Source of the DNA: a virus
Virus record (IMG/VR): IMGVR_UViG_3300020172_000530
Coordinates: 1 to 64,000 of that record
Reading direction: 5' to 3' (one strand)
Length of the DNA stretch: 64,000 nt
Shown here: one piece after another, positions 36,739 through 46,185 of the stretch
How positions within the stretch are numbered: the first letter of the stretch is position 1
Layout: every line of letters begins with the position of its first letter
Program-made: the position numbers and the translations under genes
The notes under the pieces: generated by a model
What the model saw: only the letters and a program-made list of their open reading frames with translations
The model's database searches: none
Told to the model about the DNA's origin: nothing

Positions 36739-38601
36739 ATGGCTTATCAAATTAATAAAACAGACGGTACATTGTTAACGGAGATAGTAGATAGTGCTAT
36801 TGATCAAACCGCTACAGATTTAACTCTGATTGGAAAAAACGTTTCTGGTTACGGTGAGTATATTAATGAGAATTTTATTAAACTTCTGGAAAATTTCTCG
36901 TCCGAAAGTCCTCCTTCTAATCCGTTAAAAGGACAATTGTGGTATGATACTACAGAGAACAGATTAAAAGCGTATGATGGCGGTGGGTTCAGATTAGGCA
37001 GTGGTCCAATTGTATCAGGAGAAGCTCCTCTTAATCTAGTCCAAGGGGATTTATGGATAGATAGTGCGGAGAATCAGTTATATTTTTATGATGGGACAGA
37101 CTTACAATTAGCTGGTCCGATATATAAAGACAGTCAAGGAATTTCTGGTGAAACAGTAGAGACGATATTTGATACAAATAATATTTCACGGACTATTGTA
37201 AAACAATGGGTAGGATCTACTTTATTAGGTATATGGAGTAAGGAAGTCCTACAATTTTTTCCTAAAAATTCAATTCCTGGGTTTAGTGGTGCTATCGGGC
37301 CTGGATTTAATGCCAGTACGTTAAACGGATTAAAATTTAATGTAACTGCTACACGAGCAAACAATTTAATTGATGATGTTGGTAATGTTATTAGTCCGAA
37401 TTTTTTCATGAGGACTAACCAGTCTACTGGTACAACCGGAACAGTACAGATTACTAATACGTTGCCTTTAATTTTAGGACCCTTTAGTAATAATGAAATA
37501 CTGGTAGATCAAAATAATTTCCAGATAAAATCAAACATTACTAATCAGAACTTTAGAATTTCTGTTAAAAATAGTATCACTACCGCCGATGCGATTACTA
37601 TAAATGCTGCTTCCAACAATATTGGAATATATCAATCTACTCCTGCTTATACATTAGATGTTGGAGGCAGTGTAAGAATTACTGGAAATCTGTTAGTTGA
37701 AGGAGCCACTACTTCTATAGATAGTGTGAACCTTACTATACAAGACCATATAATAGAGTTGGCAGCAGCTACTGACAGTACTTCTTCTGACAGCTATGCT
37801 GATCAAGGCGGTATCGTACTTAAAGGCACCACAGATCACAGTATTATATGGAATAAAGCACCAGCTAGTGCCTGGAGAAGTAGTGAAAATTGGGATCTAG
37901 ACTCTGGTAGGGAGTATCGAATAAATGGTGTAAAAGTAATCGATGGTACCTCTTTAGGATCGTCAATTACTTCTGCCCCCGGTATTACTTCCTTGAGTGG
38001 GTTAACAACACTCACAGTTGACGACATTACTCTAAATGGAAATACTATAAGCACACTGCCTAGTTCAGTTCAAGATTTAGTGTTAAGTCCAGACGGTTCA
38101 GCTAATGTAAGTGTAGCAAACTCTAGAATTGTCAATGTAAGCGCACCTACAGATCCTACAGATGCTGTTAATTTAGTTACACTAGAATCTGTAGTCAGTA
38201 CAAAGCCTCTTGCTTTAAGCATGGACTGCACTGGGTTATCTGATCCTGGCATCGCTTTGGTGTTAGATGAAATAGCACCATATCCTGATTTTGGAGAAGG
38301 CACTATAGCCAGAGTTCATTGTACATATCAAGTAATTACATATCCTTCGGCATCATTCTCATCTACTACTGGGCCATTAAATACATCCGGAGATTTTGTA
38401 AAATATTATATCTCGGTAGATAATAGTGCTAATATTGGAGCGAAACCAAATGAGCCAGTGTTACAAGATTTTGACATAGCAAATAGTATAGATTTAGGTA
38501 GTGCAACAGTTCAAGTAACAAGAATAACTAAAGAATTTCAGATATCAAGCGGAGTATGGGTGTGGACTGCTGATTTAAGCGGCCCAGTAACAACACCATA
38601 A
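36739..38601 (+). CDS. Tail fibre/baseplate protein, paralogue of 34596
   Basis: Same N-terminal module (LIGKNVSGYGEYINENFIKLLENF...GQLWYD); different C-terminus. Confidence 0.7.
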   Translation: MAYQINKTDGTLLTEIVDSAIDQTATDLTLIGKNVSGYGEYINENFIKLLENFSSESPPSNPLKGQLWYDTTENRLKAYDGGGFRLGSGPIVSGEAPLNLVQGDLWIDSAENQLYFYDGTDLQLAGPIYKDSQGISGETVETIFDTNNISRTIVKQWVGSTLLGIWSKEVLQFFPKNSIPGFSGAIGPGFNASTLNGLKFNVTATRANNLIDDVGNVISPNFFMRTNQSTGTTGTVQITNTLPLILGPFSNNEILVDQNNFQIKSNITNQNFRISVKNSITTADAITINAASNNIGIYQSTPAYTLDVGGSVRITGNLLVEGATTSIDSVNLTIQDHIIELAAATDSTSSDSYADQGGIVLKGTTDHSIIWNKAPASAWRSSENWDLDSGREYRINGVKVIDGTSLGSSITSAPGITSLSGLTTLTVDDITLNGNTISTLPSSVQDLVLSPDGSANVSVANSRIVNVSAPTDPTDAVNLVTLESVVSTKPLALSMDCTGLSDPGIALVLDEIAPYPDFGEGTIARVHCTYQVITYPSASFSSTTGPLNTSGDFVKYYISVDNSANIGAKPNEPVLQDFDIANSIDLGSATVQVTRITKEFQISSGVWVWTADLSGPVTTP

Positions 38602-38606
38602 ACAAA

Positions 38607-38612
38607 TAAATA
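38607..38612 (+). promoter_or_regulatory. Late promoter -10 element (TAAATA)
   Basis: Intergenic TAAATA followed by AAGGGG SD and ATG 38635. Confidence 0.6.
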
Positions 38613-38634
38613 TATAGAGTTAAGGGGTAATTAG

Positions 38635-40119
38635 ATGCCATATAGCATTGACAGATTTAATGGTACAACATTGACAGTAATAGAAGATGGTACCATTGAT
38701 ACTACATTAGATATTAAATTAATTGGCAAAAATTATGCCGGTTACGGAGAAGTGCAGAATGAAAACTTTTTGCACATGTTGGAAAGTTTTTCAGGAACAA
38801 GTCCACCGCCTAGACCAATAAGTGGTCAAATATGGTTTGATAGTGGTACTAAAAAGTTGAAATTTTACGATGCTGTACGCTGGCGAACAACAGGCGGAGC
38901 AGAAGTATCAACGTTTGCTCCTTCCGGATTAACAACAGGCGACTTCTGGTGGGATTCTGCCAATGATCAATTATACGCTAACAAGAATGGAACTGAATTT
39001 ATTTTAATTGGCCCACAAGGCGTAGCAGGTTTTGCATTCACTGGAATGAAGTCTAGGGGTCTTAAAGATCTTGGCAATGTTAGTCACGGTGTGATTGAAG
39101 GTATAGCAGACGGTGATGTAGTATGTATTATAAATTCTGACCCAGAATTTACCCTTGATCCTGCTTTTGATTCACATCAGGTTGAATTAACCGCTCTAGG
39201 TTTTGGAAAAATTAAAACTGGTATCACTATGGCTAATACTGGTGATTCAGGTATCACTTCATCTGCTCACAGATTCTGGGGTACAGCTAGTAATGCCTTA
39301 AAATTAAATGGCGAATCGGCTGCAAATTATGTAAAGGCAGACACTGCTCAATTTACAGCAGTAGCAAAATTTGCGGATCCTGGATTAAATGTAGGAGCGA
39401 GTGACGACCTAAGTATTTTAATCGACGTGGACGGTGTTACACCAATTATTAAAAATAATTTATCTAATACAATTAAATTTCAAACTCAAAGTGCTGGTAT
39501 CAAAACTCCATTGACTTTAGTTGGTAATGATATATTGCCCGGAGCCAATGTTGTATCGAATATTGGTAGTGACATATTAAAATATAATACAGTATTTGCT
39601 TTGACTTTTAACGGTACTGCTACACAATCTAGTACTTTAGATGTCGGTGGAACTTTTAGAGCAGCATCAACAGCAGCTAGTCCTAACACTATAGCTGCAA
39701 GAGATTCATCAGGTAATCTAACTGCTATATTATTTCAAGGAACAGCTACATCTGCTTATTTTGCTGACTTAGCAGAAAAATATCTAGCAGACACGCAATA
39801 TGATGTAGGAACAGTAGTATGTATTGGCGGATCGCACGAAGTTACCGCAGCCACATACGGTAATAGAGCTATCGGTATTGTGTCAGGTAAGCCAGGATTT
39901 ATAATGAATTCGCATCTTGAGGGCGGAACACTAGTGGCATTAAAAGGTCGTGTGCCTGTGAAAGTACAAGGCACAGTTAAGAAAGGCGATAAATTAGTTC
40001 CAGCACAAAATATGTTTGGATCTGCATCAAGTGCTAATGACTCTGATACAGATTACTTTGCTATAGCTCTTCAAGATCATCAGTCTGGTGCGGGTGTTAT
40101 TGAATGTTTAGTCCTGTAA
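38635..40119 (+). CDS. Tail fibre/spike with C-terminal intramolecular-chaperone (peptidase G2-like) domain
   Basis: Same N-terminal module; ADLAEKY...GTVV...GIVS.KPG..MN...VALKGRVPVKV.G.V.KGD.LV. Confidence 0.75.
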   Translation: MPYSIDRFNGTTLTVIEDGTIDTTLDIKLIGKNYAGYGEVQNENFLHMLESFSGTSPPPRPISGQIWFDSGTKKLKFYDAVRWRTTGGAEVSTFAPSGLTTGDFWWDSANDQLYANKNGTEFILIGPQGVAGFAFTGMKSRGLKDLGNVSHGVIEGIADGDVVCIINSDPEFTLDPAFDSHQVELTALGFGKIKTGITMANTGDSGITSSAHRFWGTASNALKLNGESAANYVKADTAQFTAVAKFADPGLNVGASDDLSILIDVDGVTPIIKNNLSNTIKFQTQSAGIKTPLTLVGNDILPGANVVSNIGSDILKYNTVFALTFNGTATQSSTLDVGGTFRAASTAASPNTIAARDSSGNLTAILFQGTATSAYFADLAEKYLADTQYDVGTVVCIGGSHEVTAATYGNRAIGIVSGKPGFIMNSHLEGGTLVALKGRVPVKVQGTVKKGDKLVPAQNMFGSASSANDSDTDYFAIALQDHQSGAGVIECLVL

Positions 40120-40129
40120 CGGAAATACT

Positions 40130-41047
40130 ATGTCAACCAATATAACCGCATCCACGTACAACAATCTAAGAGACAGACTTAACCTAGTTTTGGGTGTAGG
40201 TTCTACTGGTTATGGACAGAATTTAGCAAGTACAGTAGTACAATCTGGTCAAACTTTTACAAATGCTATGTGGAACAACTTACGGTCAGACATGCTGAAA
40301 GCTAGACAGCATCAAACTGGTGTTGACGAAAGCAGCAATCTTACTACAGTAACTACTTCAACACAGATTACTTCGTCTCTTATTGCTCAATATGATAATT
40401 TTGTAACTTTAATAACAACCAATCAGCGTGTTTGCGCATCTAATCAAGCAACAGTCGAAACAATGTCTGCGGCGGTAAGATCCTTAGCATGGAATGGAGT
40501 AATAGCACATAGTTTAACATTAAGTTTTACAGACACACTAAGGGCTAGATATTTTTTTAATGCTGGAGGCCAAATAAGATTTACTGCGTCTAGAACTGGA
40601 GCAGCAGCAACTACTAAAGATACCGATTGGACTAATGTATTAAGTAGTATGGGTACTATCAGAATGGATCATAATTCAACAGCATTCTTAGCTGGAGGAA
40701 GTGGTTCAGGTAGTGCTAGGGGATTTTATAATTTAACTGTTGCTTCGCAACAGATATATAGCAAAGGCTCAAGCGTTTATGCGTATACTGAAAATGATTA
40801 CAATATCGCAGCAGGTGTGAATAATTCTACAACTCCTTCTAATATTATTTTAAGAATTGAATTTAGAGATGACGACACAGGCAATCAACCTCAGCCTCCT
40901 CCAGGACCTCCTCCGTTCGGCCCAAAAGTTGACGAAACAGTTACAGGAACATTCACTAGTACAGTGTTTATTTTTAGACCTTCTGGATCAAACGTGTCTG
41001 TAGTAGCTCCGACAGTTCAGGGTGTTGGTACAAATACTATAGTTTAA
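40130..41047 (+). CDS. Virion structural protein (Ser/Thr-rich, Pro-rich loop)
   Basis: GYGQ...WNNLRSD..KAR.HQTG...ARYFFNAGG.IR; paralogue of the next gene. Confidence 0.65.
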   Translation: MSTNITASTYNNLRDRLNLVLGVGSTGYGQNLASTVVQSGQTFTNAMWNNLRSDMLKARQHQTGVDESSNLTTVTTSTQITSSLIAQYDNFVTLITTNQRVCASNQATVETMSAAVRSLAWNGVIAHSLTLSFTDTLRARYFFNAGGQIRFTASRTGAAATTKDTDWTNVLSSMGTIRMDHNSTAFLAGGSGSGSARGFYNLTVASQQIYSKGSSVYAYTENDYNIAAGVNNSTTPSNIILRIEFRDDDTGNQPQPPPGPPPFGPKVDETVTGTFTSTVFIFRPSGSNVSVVAPTVQGVGTNTIV

Positions 41048-41056
41048 GGATATGCT

Positions 41057-42034
41057 ATGACAATAGCTGTTGGCAGCAAAATCCAGGCAAGTGATTACAA
41101 TCTCATTTATGATAAAATTAATGCGGTAATGGGAACTAATTCTGATGGCTATGGACAAGCTCTATCTAGCTCAACACAAGCGACCAACGGTGATATCTCA
41201 GTAGCCATATGGAATAGTTTAAGAAATGATTTAATAAAAGCAAGATATCATCAAACAGGAGTAGATCCATCTGGTAGTCTTAATATTATTTCATCAGCAG
41301 ATAAAATTACTTATACAGTGTGGAATCAAGCAAATGTATTTGCTGATACAGTAACAACAAACAAACGAGTTGTAGCAGCCAATCAAGGAAGTTCAGAATC
41401 TTTAACATCAGTAACTAGAAGTACTGCCTGGTCAGTAAGTTTAACTCATACAGTTACTATTGAGTTTACAACAAATACCAACGCAAGATATTTCTTTAAT
41501 TCGGGTGGTGATATCAGAATACGAGCTTATCGATCTGGCACAGCCGCTACTTCTAAAGATACTGAATGGAGTACCATGTTAGGTAATAATTCTACCTTAA
41601 ACGGGCAAGGCACTATATATATGAATTATACATTAACAGATACTGTAGCAGGGAGTTATGATACATCACCATCTGATCAAAGAGGAACTGGTAGTGCTAT
41701 TGGATTTTATGATTTAACTACAACAAATCAGCAAATTTATATAAAAAATGCGCCTTCTGGCGCATACTCAGAAAATTATTATCAAATACAAGCTAGGGTA
41801 AATGTATCACCAAATCCAACTCAAGTTATAATTACAGTTAATTTTGTTGACGCAGATACCGGCGGCCCGGCACTTCCACCTGGTCCTGGATCAAGCCCAG
41901 GACAACCACCGGGGCCTGTAGTAGACGAAACAGTTACCGGAGATACAGGTAGTGTGATAACCATGTTTAGACCCTCTGGTGCTAATGTATCAGTTACAGG
42001 CCCGACCGCTTCTGGTTCTCTGACAGGCTCATAA
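41057..42034 (+). CDS. Virion structural protein, paralogue of 40130
   Basis: GYGQ...WNSLRND..KAR.HQTG...ARYFFNSGGDIR...VDETVTG...FRPSG.NVSV. Confidence 0.65.
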   Translation: MTIAVGSKIQASDYNLIYDKINAVMGTNSDGYGQALSSSTQATNGDISVAIWNSLRNDLIKARYHQTGVDPSGSLNIISSADKITYTVWNQANVFADTVTTNKRVVAANQGSSESLTSVTRSTAWSVSLTHTVTIEFTTNTNARYFFNSGGDIRIRAYRSGTAATSKDTEWSTMLGNNSTLNGQGTIYMNYTLTDTVAGSYDTSPSDQRGTGSAIGFYDLTTTNQQIYIKNAPSGAYSENYYQIQARVNVSPNPTQVIITVNFVDADTGGPALPPGPGSSPGQPPGPVVDETVTGDTGSVITMFRPSGANVSVTGPTASGSLTGS

Positions 42035-42058
42035 TCTAGCTCACTGTCCAAAAAAAAG

Positions 42059-42087
42059 CATAATTATAGTATACTATTGTAATTATG
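42059..42087. promoter_or_regulatory. Inverted repeat/hairpin abutting the SD of the enzyme cluster's first gene
   Basis: CATAATTA (42059-42066) / TAATTATG (42080-42087) around palindrome ATAGTATACTAT (42066-42077); GGAG 42087-42090. Confidence 0.5.
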
Positions 42088-42095
42088 GAGTTTTT

Positions 42096-42446
42096 GTGGA
42101 TCAAAATATTGAAAAAGCATTTGAAGTAAGTAATCTAATGGTCACAGTGGCCAATCAAAAACGTGCTCTAAAAGAAGAATACGAGCAATCTCTTCTCTAC
42201 TTTGAATATGGTGGTATTTTCAAGGCAGATAACAACACTATAACTTATATAAAAACTATAAAAGATTTGACTAAGGAAAAAAGGATAGTAATAGTTGATA
42301 CTAATCTGACGCCAGTGCTTGTATTAGATATTGACAAATTTTTAGAATCCTTGCTAGACAGACATTTCCAAGCAAACAATTCTTATTTTGCCAAGTTTGA
42401 TCTACTTAAGAAAAGTAGAAATATTAAAAATATACTAGATCTATGA
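42096..42446 (+). CDS. Hypothetical protein
   Basis: GTG start with GGAG SD; ATGA overlap with the next gene. Confidence 0.75.
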   Translation: MDQNIEKAFEVSNLMVTVANQKRALKEEYEQSLLYFEYGGIFKADNNTITYIKTIKDLTKEKRIVIVDTNLTPVLVLDIDKFLESLLDRHFQANNSYFAKFDLLKKSRNIKNILDL

Positions 42447-43279
42447 GCAAGGGAATATTATTATTTGCTTTGAATTCAGAAATGAATTATGTTAAGTTAG
42501 CGGTAAGACTAACCGAACGTATTAAGTATTATCTTGATTTACCTGTGACTATCGTAACTAATAGTGATGAATATCTACTCAAGAATTTTACTTCAAGTTC
42601 TGAATTATTTGATCGTGTTATTAAGAAAGACGATGATACTACTCAAACGAAGAAATTTAGCGACGGTTATGGAGTTTCAGAAAGGTATGTATGGAAAAAC
42701 TCTAATAGAGCAAGTGCTTTTGACATAAGCCCGTATGATCAGACGTTAGTGATGGATGTTGATTATGTAATTAATTCTAATTTTTTACTTAATGTGTTCG
42801 ATCAAAATAAAGATTTTTTATGTTTTAAAGATTCTTATGATTTGGCAGGATGGAGAAATACAGCAGAGTTTGAATATATTAATCAGTATTCCATACCTTT
42901 TTATTGGGCAACTGTGTTCTATTTTACAAAGACTAAACTAAACGAGTTGTTTTTTAGATTGGTAGAGTATATTAGAGATAATTGGGAGTATTACAGATTA
43001 CTTTATCAAATTAATGACAAGAAATACAGAAATGATTATGCCTTCAGTATAGCAATTCATATTTTAAATGGAACCGACTGTAATCTATTTTCTGATACGA
43101 TTCCTGGAAAGATGTATTATACATTAGATAAAGATATTCTTGTGAAAATAAAGAATAACTCGATGTCTTTTTTAGTTGAAAAAGAAAGAATGTTAGGAGA
43201 ATTTACCGGAATCAAAATTAATGATTTAGATGTACATGTTATGAATAAGTTTAGTTTGTTAAGGGCATACGATGAGTAA
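42443..43279 (+). CDS. Putative GT-A fold glycosyltransferase (GT8-like)
   Basis: GILLFA...Y..LA, SPYDQTLVMDVD (DxD), WATVFYF, RNDYAFSIA. Confidence 0.7.
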   Translation: MSKGILLFALNSEMNYVKLAVRLTERIKYYLDLPVTIVTNSDEYLLKNFTSSSELFDRVIKKDDDTTQTKKFSDGYGVSERYVWKNSNRASAFDISPYDQTLVMDVDYVINSNFLLNVFDQNKDFLCFKDSYDLAGWRNTAEFEYINQYSIPFYWATVFYFTKTKLNELFFRLVEYIRDNWEYYRLLYQINDKKYRNDYAFSIAIHILNGTDCNLFSDTIPGKMYYTLDKDILVKIKNNSMSFLVEKERMLGEFTGIKINDLDVHVMNKFSLLRAYDE

Positions 43280-44105
43280 TAGAGGACATTTATTTTTTGC
43301 TCAGAATTCTGGAGTAGATTATGTAACACAAGCATATATCGCTGCTTTAATGATTAAAAAATTTAACAAATATAATAAAACCTGTCTAGTTACTAATGAT
43401 ACAGTACCGATGAAATATTTGAAAGCATTTGATAAGATAGAAACTATTCCATGGTCAGATGATGCTGCTCAAAGTGACTGGAAAATAGAAAATCGTTGGA
43501 AACTAATACATGTCAGTCCTTTTGATGAAACATTAGTATACGATACTGACATGTTATTATTGTCTTCAAATGATCATTGGTGGGATTATTTAAAGAGCCA
43601 AAGTGTTTCACTTACAAGCAAAGTTGTAAATTATAAAAATAATATTATTCAAGATACAGTTTACAGAAAAACTTTTATTGATAATACCTTACCTAATGTA
43701 TATTTTGGTCTTCATTTCTTTAAGAAAAATAGAAGAGCTTATGAATTTTATAAATGGTTGGAAATTATTGTTAAAAATTGGAGATTGTTTTATAATGAAC
43801 ACACTCTGAATAATACACAAAAATTTTGTAGTATGGATGTCACGGCTGCTATAGCAACAAAAATAATGAATGCTGAAGAAGAATTTTCCACAGCTAACCC
43901 GTTGACATTCGTACATATGAAATCAGCAATACAAGGATGGTACCCAGCTCCTGCTACATGGCAGTCTGCTGTAAGTGTACACTTAAATCACAAATTAGAA
44001 CTTAGAATTAATAATTTCCTTCAGCAAGGTGTATTTCATTATACAGAAGATAATTTTTTAACAGAAAACATTTTTAACACAGTAGAGGCAAGTTGTGGGA
44101 TTTAA
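43272..44105 (+). CDS. Putative GT-A fold glycosyltransferase, paralogue of 42443
   Basis: SPFDETLVYDTD (DxD), SMDV..AIA, FVHMK, FHY. Confidence 0.7.
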   Translation: MSNRGHLFFAQNSGVDYVTQAYIAALMIKKFNKYNKTCLVTNDTVPMKYLKAFDKIETIPWSDDAAQSDWKIENRWKLIHVSPFDETLVYDTDMLLLSSNDHWWDYLKSQSVSLTSKVVNYKNNIIQDTVYRKTFIDNTLPNVYFGLHFFKKNRRAYEFYKWLEIIVKNWRLFYNEHTLNNTQKFCSMDVTAAIATKIMNAEEEFSTANPLTFVHMKSAIQGWYPAPATWQSAVSVHLNHKLELRINNFLQQGVFHYTEDNFLTENIFNTVEASCGI

Positions 44106-44598
44106 ATTTTTTGTATATCATGATGAAGAAGGAAACATAACATCTATTACCAATGAAAAAAGATCTACTGGAGAGTATATTGAAGCAGAAGAGTCTGAGA
44201 TATCAGATTTTCTAAATGGTGTAAAAGATTTTACCAAATTTAAAATTAATAGTTTATCATCTGGGTCAAAACAGATCAAATTAACACACGATTCCTCTGC
44301 TCTTGTATACAAGGACTTTTATATTGTTAGTAATAGTATCGAAAATGAACAAGTTATTATTACTCATAATAACAAAACTAAATCCTGGAATATAAAATTA
44401 AATGACGATGCACAACTGTTAAACTTTAGTTTTTACGTATGTAGAAAGGATAATTTAAATTTTTTAATTAGAGAAGTAACAGTGCCTCCTAAAAAAACTT
44501 TTTCGATACCGTTCTCTTATGTAGTCGAACAACAATCAGACGAACTAATTGTATTAGCAAAAAGAGTTCATGAATCTTATGGAATAAATTATGTATAA
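44095..44598 (+). CDS. Hypothetical protein
   Basis: 167-aa ORF overlapping both neighbours in the operon. Confidence 0.7.
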   Translation: MGFKFFVYHDEEGNITSITNEKRSTGEYIEAEESEISDFLNGVKDFTKFKINSLSSGSKQIKLTHDSSALVYKDFYIVSNSIENEQVIITHNNKTKSWNIKLNDDAQLLNFSFYVCRKDNLNFLIREVTVPPKKTFSIPFSYVVEQQSDELIVLAKRVHESYGINYV

Positions 44599-45499
44599 AG
44601 TCAAAGTAGCAGATTGTGATGTGGTATATTTAAGTTATGATGAACCTAACGCAGAACAAAATTACTCTGATTTATTGACTAAAATACCTTGGGCTAAACG
44701 TGTACACGGAGTCGAGGGCAGTGATAGTGCCCATAAGGCCTGTGCTAGATTAGCAGATACAGAACGAGTCGTTATCATCGATGGTGATAATATAGTTAGA
44801 CCTGATTTAATTAACCAAGAAGTAGAGTTTTATAACGATGCCAATACTAATTGTGTGATTAGTTGGGGAGCAAGAAATATCATTAATGGTCTAGTTTATG
44901 GCAATGGCGGTGTAAAATGTTGGCCAACAGATTTGATACTTGATATGCGAACACATGAAAATGCCGAAGATACTAATACTAAGACACAAGTAGATTTTTG
45001 TTGGGATATAAATTATATCCAAATGGATACATGTATGAGCGACGTATACAATAACGGTAGTCCACAACAAGCATGGAGAGCAGGGTTTCGAGAAGGAGTG
45101 AAAATGAGTTTATTAGAAGGATCTAAACCTGTTAATGATAGACCATTTGATAGACAAATACATTGGAAAAATTTACATAGATTGTTGATCTGGATGACAG
45201 CAGGTTCTGAAATCACAAACGGACTATACGCTATATTAGGAGCAAGACAAGGGTGTTACAAAACAAATTGTACAGATTGGGATTTCACTAATGTTAGAGA
45301 TTTTAAGTATCTGAATAATCTGTATGAGGAAATTGTATCTGAAGTAAACTTAGATAAAGACATAACACGTTTAGGAATTGAAATTACATCTCGATTAAAG
45401 ATTCCTTGCCCTGCCCCATTTACTTCGGATCAGAGTATATTTTTTAAAACAGTGTATACGAATCCTCCTCGTATGAAAAATAAATCGGTTGTATCCTAA
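44591..45499 (+). CDS. Putative glycosyltransferase (GT-A/GT2-like)
   Basis: YLSYDEPNA...VHGVEG...AH, IIDGDN (DxD), YGNGGVK, AWRAGFREGVK. Confidence 0.65.
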   Translation: MYKVKVADCDVVYLSYDEPNAEQNYSDLLTKIPWAKRVHGVEGSDSAHKACARLADTERVVIIDGDNIVRPDLINQEVEFYNDANTNCVISWGARNIINGLVYGNGGVKCWPTDLILDMRTHENAEDTNTKTQVDFCWDINYIQMDTCMSDVYNNGSPQQAWRAGFREGVKMSLLEGSKPVNDRPFDRQIHWKNLHRLLIWMTAGSEITNGLYAILGARQGCYKTNCTDWDFTNVRDFKYLNNLYEEIVSEVNLDKDITRLGIEITSRLKIPCPAPFTSDQSIFFKTVYTNPPRMKNKSVVS

Positions 45500-46185
45500 T
45501 GTACGATATCGCATTTATAAGCTACAAAGAACCCAATGCTGATAAAAATTGGGAGAATTTAACTAGTAGATTTCCTTGGGCAAAACGTATTAGTCGTGTA
45601 CGAGGAATACATATGGCGCACATCGCTGCCGCCAGCAAATGTTTTACAAACATGTTTTGGGTAGTAGATGGTGATGCTGAAGTTTTAGAAAGTTTTGATT
45701 TTAGTTTTACTACGAAAGAAACTAATTTCGTACATGTGTGGCGTAGTCGTAATCCTGTTAATGATTTAGAATACGGATATGGAGGTGTAAAATTACTTCC
45801 AAGATTAGCTACACTTAATATGGATACTACTAAGCCTGATATGACTACTAGTATTAGTCAACACTTCAGGCCAATGCCCGAAGTTAGTAATATTACTGCT
45901 TTTAATACAGATCCTTTCAGTGCGTGGAGAAGTGCCTTTAGAGAATGTTGTAAATTATCAAGTAAAGTGATTGATAGACAGAAAACAGACGAGACAGACC
46001 ATCGATTGTTATCGTGGAAAATTAAAGGATTAGATAGACCATATGGTGAATATGCGATTCAAGGTGCCAAGGAAGGCGAAGAGTATGGTAAATTTTACAG
46101 CGGAAATTTAGAAGCACTGTCTAAGATTAATGATTTTGGCTGGCTGAAAGAACGATTCGAAAGGAATTCTAATGGAAGAAATTGA
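45499..46185 (+). CDS. Putative glycosyltransferase, paralogue of 44591
   Basis: FISYKEPNA...GIH.AH, VVDGDA (DxD), YGYGGVK, AWRSAFRECCK. Confidence 0.65.
   Translation: MYDIAFISYKEPNADKNWENLTSRFPWAKRISRVRGIHMAHIAAASKCFTNMFWVVDGDAEVLESFDFSFTTKETNFVHVWRSRNPVNDLEYGYGGVKLLPRLATLNMDTTKPDMTTSISQHFRPMPEVSNITAFNTDPFSAWRSAFRECCKLSSKVIDRQKTDETDHRLLSWKIKGLDRPYGEYAIQGAKEGEEYGKFYSGNLEALSKINDFGWLKERFERNSNGRN

Noticed and set aside
30791-42034. Diversity-generating retroelement or invertible tail-fibre cassette
   Set aside because: No reverse transcriptase, invertase or near-identical template/variable repeat pair noticed by eye.
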